From Fidelibacterota bacterium (GTDB taxonomy: Bacteria > Fidelibacterota > Marinisomatia > Marinisomatales > UBA2128), in assembly GCA_046861645.1 (NCBI GenBank), contig JBHHUM010000021.1:1-33385 (forward strand): a stretch of DNA of 33,385 nucleotides, given 5' to 3'. Below are positions 27,702 through 33,385 of the stretch, piece by piece (position 1 is the stretch's first letter; each line of letters begins with the position of its first letter). The position numbers and the translations under genes are program-made. A model generated the notes under the pieces. The model had not been told where the DNA came from and made no database searches. It saw only the letters and a program-made list of their open reading frames with translations.

Positions 27702-28631
27702 ATGGAGGAAGGTATGAGGAAGATCATTACAGATGGCTGTGTATCCAGGTTGGAAGAGAAACTTCCGTGGTGGAATCGTATTATTTGGGGGATATGGTTC
27801 ATTGATCCACCTAAAAATATTTCTCTGGATGGTCATCGGATTGAAGGGGTAATCAAATACACCGATACCGTAATAACTATTTACTTTGGGATAGTGATTC
27901 TAGCTCTTATCTATTTCATATTCAGATATCGCTCTCGTCCTGGACACAAAGCAGTGTACGATAGAGGCGATACAAAGAAACACGTCGCCATGACTGTAGC
28001 TATGGGCTTGCTGGTTTTCTTTTCCATAGATGTGGTTATTGAAACGATGTCATTTCGGGATCTGAAAGAAGCATTTTGGAATTTTCCCCAAGGGGATGAT
28101 GTGGTGCGAGTGGAAATCATGCCCCAACAGTTTGAGTGGAATTTTCGGTATCCAGGAGTAGATGACCGCTTTGGTCCAGAACCGTTCACGGATTTAAACG
28201 GAAACGAAATTTGGGATGAGGAAGAGCCCTTTACAGATCTGAATGAGAGTGGTGTATGGGATGCCAGCGATGATAAAGTACTTATGAATGAGATGCACAT
28301 CCCGGTGGATAGGCCCGTCATAATACAAGTAGCTCCTTACGATGTTATCCATTCATTCTTTCTCCCCAATTTCCGTATTAAGATCGATGCCACTCCCGGA
28401 ATGGTAAATACCATGTGGTTTCAAGCCAAAGAAACAGGTGAGTATGAAATAGCTTGCTCAGAACTGTGTGGAAATTCTCATTACAAGATGAAAGGAAAGT
28501 TGGTCGTAGAATCGGAAGATGATTATATAAAGTGGCTTTTGGGATTGGAAAGTGAAGGTCCCCGTGATGACTGGTACGATCCGGATTATGGGCTGTTATA
28601 CTGGGGTTGGGAATGGAAGGAGGTCTTATAA
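27702..28631 (+). CDS. ctaC: Cytochrome c oxidase subunit II, copy 2 (CuA) with internal acidic tandem repeat
   Basis: QQFEW, DVIHSF, KIDATPG, CSELCGNSHYKM; start uncertain. Confidence 0.93.
   Translation: MEEGMRKIITDGCVSRLEEKLPWWNRIIWGIWFIDPPKNISLDGHRIEGVIKYTDTVITIYFGIVILALIYFIFRYRSRPGHKAVYDRGDTKKHVAMTVAMGLLVFFSIDVVIETMSFRDLKEAFWNFPQGDDVVRVEIMPQQFEWNFRYPGVDDRFGPEPFTDLNGNEIWDEEEPFTDLNESGVWDASDDKVLMNEMHIPVDRPVIIQVAPYDVIHSFFLPNFRIKIDATPGMVNTMWFQAKETGEYEIACSELCGNSHYKMKGKLVVESEDDYIKWLLGLESEGPRDDWYDPDYGLLYWGWEWKEVL
28179..28268 (+). repeat. Two 45-bp (15-aa) intragenic tandem repeats
   Basis: EPFTDLNGNEIWDEE / EPFTDLNESGVWDAS. Confidence 0.85.
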
Positions 28632-28632
28632 G

Positions 28633-30351
28633 ATGTCAACAAAAGAACAATCGTTTATCCAAAAGTATATTTTCTCTACTGACCACAAGGTAATCGGGAA
28701 GCAGTTCTTATGGTTAGGGCTTTTTTTCCTTCTCTTTGGTGGTTTCCAGGCAGTGTTGATACGTTGGCAACTTGCCTATCCAGACAAATTAGTTCCAGCC
28801 TGGTTATTAGGCAGTTTCTTATTCGAGGGGGGTAAGATTACACCAGATCACTATAATCAATTAATTACTATGCATGGAACAATAATGATTTTTTGGGCGA
28901 TCACTCCCCTCTTGATTGGTGCGTTTGGAAATTTCCTTATCCCTCTACAGATTGGGGCTCCAGATATGGCTTTTCCCAGGTTAAACATGATCTCTTTCTG
29001 GACTATGTTTCTGGCCAGTATTGTTTTACTGGCATCCTATTTATTACCTCATGGAACTGCTGCCGCTGGATGGACGTCCTATCCTCCACTTAGTACACCA
29101 GTAGGAGGAATTGCAGGTGAGGGACAAACCTTCTGGACACTGGCATTGACCCTGGCGGGTACGGCAACACTCATGGGTGCCATCAACTATATTACTACTG
29201 TTGTACGTTTACGTGCTCCAGGTATGGGTTACTTTAAAATGCCTCTCTCTGTCTGGGGATTATGGTTGACTTCTATTCTCAACGCGATATTTGTGCCTGT
29301 CATAGCTGCTGGTTTAATTCTCCTCTTACTTGATCGAGTTTTGGGGACTCAGTTCTTTATTACCAGCAGTATTTCAACTGGTGTAAAGGAAGGAGATCCA
29401 CTCCTCTATCAACACGTTTTCTGGATCTTTGGTCATCCCGAAGTCTATATTCTTATCCTTCCAGCTTGGGGTATCGTTTCTGATTTATTGTCTGTGTTTT
29501 CGAGGAAACCTGCCTTTGGTTACAAAGTGACCGCCATTTGTATGTGCACGATCGTTGCTCTCAGTTCCATCGTCTGGGGACATCATATGTACACTACCGG
29601 GATGAGTCCCTTGTTAGGGAAGACATTCATGTTTTTAACACTTTTAATCAGCATTCCCTCATCGATTTTCTTCCTGAATTGGTTGGGTACGCTTTGGCGA
29701 GGAAATTTGAAATTTACTCCACCAATGCTTTTTACCATGGCTGTGTTATGGGTATTTGGATTAGGGGGTCTTACAGGACTCTATAACGCTACCGTAACAT
29801 CGGATATCTATTTTCATGATACCATGTTTGTAGTCGGACATTTTCACTATACTATGGCAGCCTCAGTCATGTTTGGGGGCTTTGCTGCCATCTATTTTTG
29901 GTTTCCCAAAATGTTTGGTAAAACTATGAGCCCTTTATTAGGAAAATTACACTTTTGGGGATCCTTCATTCCTTTGAACCTGGTATTTTACAACATGATG
30001 GTGATGGGTTATGCTGGGCATCATAGAAGAATATATGATCCCTCACAGTACGATTTCCTCAAACCTTTATCAGGAATGAATGAATTTGTAACAATTATGG
30101 CATTGGTGCTTGGAGCAGTGCAAATAATTTTTATTTTTAACCTGATCTATTCTCTTATCAAGGGGAAAGTCGCTGCACAAAATCCCTGGAGGGCAGCAAC
30201 TCTGGAATGGACGATTGATGCACCGATACCTCACGGCAATTATGCGACTGTTCCTACGGTTTACAACGGTCCTCATGAGTATAGCCATCCTCAAATCAAA
30301 GATAGGGATTGGATTGCTCAATCAGAACCGCTACCTGCTGAAGGAAGATAA
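28633..30351 (+). CDS. ctaD: Heme-copper oxidase subunit I, copy 2 (A1-type GHPEVY; no K-channel Lys)
   Basis: STDHKVIG, MHGTIMIF, APDMAFPRLN, GHPEVY, VWGHHM, HDTMFVVGHFHY, GHHRR; ATG at 28633 just after the coxB2 stop. Confidence 0.96.
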   Translation: MSTKEQSFIQKYIFSTDHKVIGKQFLWLGLFFLLFGGFQAVLIRWQLAYPDKLVPAWLLGSFLFEGGKITPDHYNQLITMHGTIMIFWAITPLLIGAFGNFLIPLQIGAPDMAFPRLNMISFWTMFLASIVLLASYLLPHGTAAAGWTSYPPLSTPVGGIAGEGQTFWTLALTLAGTATLMGAINYITTVVRLRAPGMGYFKMPLSVWGLWLTSILNAIFVPVIAAGLILLLLDRVLGTQFFITSSISTGVKEGDPLLYQHVFWIFGHPEVYILILPAWGIVSDLLSVFSRKPAFGYKVTAICMCTIVALSSIVWGHHMYTTGMSPLLGKTFMFLTLLISIPSSIFFLNWLGTLWRGNLKFTPPMLFTMAVLWVFGLGGLTGLYNATVTSDIYFHDTMFVVGHFHYTMAASVMFGGFAAIYFWFPKMFGKTMSPLLGKLHFWGSFIPLNLVFYNMMVMGYAGHHRRIYDPSQYDFLKPLSGMNEFVTIMALVLGAVQIIFIFNLIYSLIKGKVAAQNPWRAATLEWTIDAPIPHGNYATVPTVYNGPHEYSHPQIKDRDWIAQSEPLPAEGR

Positions 30352-30355
30352 TTTG

Positions 30356-30952
30356 ATGAAAGCTGGAACGGTAACTGTACGGCGTACTATGGAGCCCTTA
30401 TCAGGAAACGTTGCATTCACTTCCTATTTGGGTCTTTTAATCGGATTGGCTTCCATCACCATGCTTTTTGTGACACTGTTGATCAGTTACTCCATCCTCC
30501 GCATCCAAGCCGATTATTGGTTTGTACCTGGAAAAGGATCCGTTTCCATGATTCTTGCTATTATGAATACGTTCATACTCTTAATAAGCAGTGTAACTTG
30601 GATGGTGGCATCCCGGAAAGCTAAAAGTGGTAAGACGGAAACCTTTCGGAAGTGGACGTTAATCACACTGATCTTAGGTATTATTTTTTTAGTTTCACAG
30701 GTTACTCTCTGGCAATTACTTACTACGAAGGGTTTTACGGCACAGTCGAGTATAGTGGGGTCAGTCTTTTACGTTTTGACTGGTATGCATGGTCTCCATA
30801 TTCTTGGTGGCTTAGCTGCTTTAGTCTGGGTATTTAAGATAGAGAAACCAGATAGTTTCATTAACTATCACAGGGTGAAAATGGTGGGAGTATTCTGGCA
30901 CTATCTTGATATTCTCTGGATATGTCTATTTACCGCTATTTTCATAATTTGA
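30356..30952 (+). CDS. Heme-copper oxidase subunit III-like protein (first of tandem pair), module 2
   Basis: LASITMLF, NTFILLISS, TGMHGLHI, FWHYLDILW; ATG at 30356. Confidence 0.9.
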   Translation: MKAGTVTVRRTMEPLSGNVAFTSYLGLLIGLASITMLFVTLLISYSILRIQADYWFVPGKGSVSMILAIMNTFILLISSVTWMVASRKAKSGKTETFRKWTLITLILGIIFLVSQVTLWQLLTTKGFTAQSSIVGSVFYVLTGMHGLHILGGLAALVWVFKIEKPDSFINYHRVKMVGVFWHYLDILWICLFTAIFII

Positions 30953-30976
30953 ATAGTGAAGATAAAAGGAGTATAA

Positions 30977-31624
30977 ATGATGACTCAAACTGCTGAAGCA
31001 ATTGCCGTACGTCAAGATCCGTTTGGGAGTGCTACTACCGGTAAGTTAGGCATGTGGCTGTTTATTGTTATGGATGGATTGTCATTTGGAGGCTTGTTAA
31101 TTGGTGGAGCTGCATTACGTGCTTCAGCTCCTACCTGGCCAGCACCTGGCGAGATACTTAATGTCCCGTTGACAGCTTTTAATACATTTCTACTAATTTG
31201 CACCAGTTTTACAATGGTAATGGCTCTGAACTCTATTCAAAAGGGTGATCAGCAGGGTTTGGTTAAGTTTTTAACTGCGACGATGATAGGGGGGTCGATT
31301 TTTCTGGGAATTCAAATCTGGGAGTATGGACATTTTATAGCGGGAAGTCCTGAATTGGCAGCGAATTTGGAAAAAGCAGGTTTTGTGGGTACGGATAATT
31401 TTCTTCCCAGTACCAGTATCTACGGAGCTGTCTTTTATGCTACGACCTGTTTTCATGGGTTGCATGTACTCTCAGGGGTCATCTATATAACCACAATACT
31501 TTTTCAGGCGCGTAAGGGTAAGTACAGTGCTGAGAATTATGATCGAGTGGAAATATTAGGGTTGTTTTGGCATTTTGTGGATCTGATTTGGATATTTGTT
31601 TTCACCGTCATTTATCTGATATAG
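30977..31624 (+). CDS. Heme-copper oxidase subunit III-like protein (second of tandem pair), module 2
   Basis: KLGMWLFIVMDG, NTFLLICTS, FHGLHV, FWHFVDLIW; RBS AAGGAG. Confidence 0.92.
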   Translation: MMTQTAEAIAVRQDPFGSATTGKLGMWLFIVMDGLSFGGLLIGGAALRASAPTWPAPGEILNVPLTAFNTFLLICTSFTMVMALNSIQKGDQQGLVKFLTATMIGGSIFLGIQIWEYGHFIAGSPELAANLEKAGFVGTDNFLPSTSIYGAVFYATTCFHGLHVLSGVIYITTILFQARKGKYSAENYDRVEILGLFWHFVDLIWIFVFTVIYLI

Positions 31625-31637
31625 GAGGAGATGAGGA

Positions 31638-31922
31638 ATGGAAGGAGATCATAAAAAGGTTTACATTAAAAATGCTCTTTGGTTAGCAGGGTTGACAGTA
31701 GCTGAATTGGGGGTTATTAATCTTACCATCCCGAAATTCAGCCAGGTCATTATACTTTTTGCTTTTGCTGTTACTAAGATCATGCTCGTTGCTCTTGTTT
31801 ATATGCATTTGCGCTATGAAACTAAGTTCTTAAGGCGACTTTTACTGGTCCCGATACCGTTAGCTATTTTCCTAGCTTGGGGGGTTATTTATGATTTGCC
31901 TTTCAGGTGGGTAGTTCAATAG
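31638..31922 (+). CDS. Cytochrome c oxidase subunit IV-like, module 2
   Basis: LAGLTVAE and A.TK..LV...YMHLRYE motifs; three TMs; RBS AGGAGG. Confidence 0.87.
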   Translation: MEGDHKKVYIKNALWLAGLTVAELGVINLTIPKFSQVIILFAFAVTKIMLVALVYMHLRYETKFLRRLLLVPIPLAIFLAWGVIYDLPFRWVVQ

Positions 31923-32013
31923 GTTATTAACTTCTCTGCTTATGACGAAAAATAATTCTTTTGTTTATCAGAACTTTGCCATTGCGAAATATGAATAGTA
32001 ATTTGACATATTC

Positions 32014-32217
32014 ATGAACAGGAAATTAATAATAAGTCTATTCTATTCAATCCTGACGTTTTTTCCAGGGCTATTGAGCGCGTGCCCATATTGTGCAGGA
32101 CGGGACTCCACATTTAATGATATTATTCTGCCCATAGCTACGTTATTGGGAGCTCCTTTTATTATCTTTGGAGTGATAACCCTCATGGTGATTAAGCATA
32201 ACAGTATGGAGAAATAG
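32014..32217 (+). CDS. Small exported CxxC membrane protein, module 2
   Basis: Signal peptide ending LLSA-CPYC, then one TM; 2 nt before sco. Confidence 0.7.
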   Translation: MNRKLIISLFYSILTFFPGLLSACPYCAGRDSTFNDIILPIATLLGAPFIIFGVITLMVIKHNSMEK

Positions 32218-32219
32218 TC

Positions 32220-32888
32220 ATGACTCCTGAGAAAGTCACAATCAAGAGGAAATCCAATCCTAAAATGAATGGCTGGCTCTGGGTTGCGTGGATTATGGCA
32301 TTAGGATTTATCGGATATAGGCTGACAGAAAAGATGTCCCCTACAATTATACATGCATCTGAGGATGGAAGTACCAGCTTAACTGCTTATGAGCCCACCT
32401 CAAATTATGGTTCAGTACCTTTCTTCCAATTAATTGACCAACATGGTGAAACCTTCACTCAAGAAGAGTTATTGGGCACGGTTTGGGTTGTTGATTTTGT
32501 TTTCACTACTTGTGCTGGCCCGTGTCCCCTTATGACGGCTCAATTTGCTGATCTACAGGATCGTTACTCCCAAAGTAAGGACTTCCGTCTGGTATCGATA
32601 TCAGTTAATCCTGAGTTTGATACTCCAGAAGTACTAAAGGTTTATGGAGATCAATATGGTGCTGATCACTCTCGCTGGGCATTTTTAACTGGGGATCGTG
32701 AGGAGATACATAAGCTGGCCTGGGAAGGATTTCATGTGGGCACGGAGGACGATCCCATATTTCACAGTTTACGTTTTATCCTCATTAATCGGACGGGTAA
32801 AATCCATGGTTATTACATTAGTACAGAACCTGAAGAATTGGAAAGATTAAGAAATGATGTGAAGATGCTCCTGTCGGAGTCACTATAA
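32220..32888 (+). CDS. SCO1/SenC copper chaperone
   Basis: N-terminal TM; FTTCAGPCP (CxxxC), SISVNPEFDTP, WAFLTG and conserved His in IFHS. Confidence 0.95.
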   Translation: MTPEKVTIKRKSNPKMNGWLWVAWIMALGFIGYRLTEKMSPTIIHASEDGSTSLTAYEPTSNYGSVPFFQLIDQHGETFTQEELLGTVWVVDFVFTTCAGPCPLMTAQFADLQDRYSQSKDFRLVSISVNPEFDTPEVLKVYGDQYGADHSRWAFLTGDREEIHKLAWEGFHVGTEDDPIFHSLRFILINRTGKIHGYYISTEPEELERLRNDVKMLLSESL

Positions 32889-33139
32889 TATTTTCAGTTT
32901 CTTACTATTTCTGAAGTATACTGCGGTTTTTTATTACTGTAAAGATTACATTTTGCATTGTGTAGGGAACATTTATCAAAGATAAAATAACCATAGCGAA
33001 TGAGAATAATTAGACATTTGGAGTGAGCCAAAGGATCAAAGGTATACTGCTATCCTCTTAGGAAGAAAATGAAATGTTTAAGACACACTCCCAAGATAAC
33101 ACATTATTTCCATGTGGATAGAGTGCTGATAGTATTTAT

Positions 33140-33385
33140 ATGAGAGGTGGTGAATCACTTTGGTGGCGGATAGTAGTTATCTTTTCTCTCGTGGTTGTAC
33201 TTGCTGTGACGTTTTTGATTTTTGGGCCTCGACCTGATGGATTGACGAGTAGTCTTGATGTTTCTAATCTTCCTTTATTTAATGCCATTATAAACGGAAT
33301 TACCACTCTTCTTTTGATCACTGCTTTCCTGTTCATCAGACAGAAAAAGGTGAAGTTGCACAGGAGAACTATGTTGACTGCATTT
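33140..33385 (+). CDS. DUF420 (CtaM-like) membrane protein, truncated by the window end; absent from the ORF track
   Basis: My translation from ATG 33140: MRGGESLWWRIVVIF...NLPLFNAIINGITT...FIRQKKVKLHRRTMLTAF, showing the LP..NA..N and HR..M signature. Confidence 0.85.
   Translation, partial: MRGGESLWWRIVVIFSLVVVLAVTFLIFGPRPDGLTSSLDVSNLPLFNAIINGITTLLLITAFLFIRQKKVKLHRRTMLTAF

Noticed and set aside
19144..30351. Calling either subunit I a nitric oxide reductase or a pseudogene
   Set aside because: Both retain the helix VI Tyr and three CuB His, show no NOR-type helix VIII Glu, and have intact reading frames
11102..30355. Extended ORF-track starts at 11102, 26215, 26753, 28552 and 30215
   Set aside because: They overlap upstream genes or promoter elements; starts at 11186, 26161, 26786, 28633 and 30356 fit better
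33069..33143. 24-codon ORF (MKCLRHTPKITHYFHVDRVLIVFI) whose stop overlaps the DUF420 ATG
   Set aside because: Too short to support without homology or ribosome profiling
259..33336. Many short antisense or off-frame ORFs in the track (e.g. 2926-3381, 7490-8005, 27911-28321, 33136-33336)
   Set aside because: They overlap well-supported genes and show no motifs; 33136-33336 is antisense to the DUF420 gene
10824..33385. Respiratory cluster as a genomic island integrated at tRNA-Leu
   Set aside because: No integrase, transposase or duplicated tRNA 3' end was seen in the window; the far boundary is not visible
1..33385. CRISPR arrays, rRNA, IS elements, phage or defence genes
   Set aside because: None seen; intergenic regions are short and lack regular repeats

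Overview
Bacterial chromosomal window with almost all genes on the + strand. The organism is probably an FCB-group bacterium such as Marinimicrobia; this is inferred from the long SecA and a 'YQNYPNPFNP' secretion C-terminal domain. The left third (1-10.9 kb) holds thiolase, acyl-CoA dehydrogenase, ilvE, nusB, secA, a 1218-aa secreted cytochrome c/cohesin-like/FN3 protein, a terminator and tRNA-Leu(TAG). The remaining ~22 kb is one respiratory supercluster. It opens with a membrane-anchored HEAT protein and a b6-type Rieske/cytochrome b complex (split cytochrome b, heme ci Cys, APWY instead of PEWY). An eight-heme coiled-coil cytochrome c and a secreted protein with an amicyanin-like copper loop follow. 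Next come two complete A-family heme-copper oxidase modules, each led by an Rrf2 regulator, with a divergent FNR-like regulator between them. Assembly genes are a ctaA-ctaB fusion, a second ctaB, sco, DUF420 and two CxxC microproteins. Most striking: both oxidase subunit I copies keep every metal ligand and the core D-channel residues but lack the K-channel lysine. Also, the octaheme cytochrome and CoxB1 end in the same acidic DEWG(D/E)ExW tail, and three IscR-like operators plus an FNR box lie in the intergenic regions. All calls come from motif reading only; no database searches were run.
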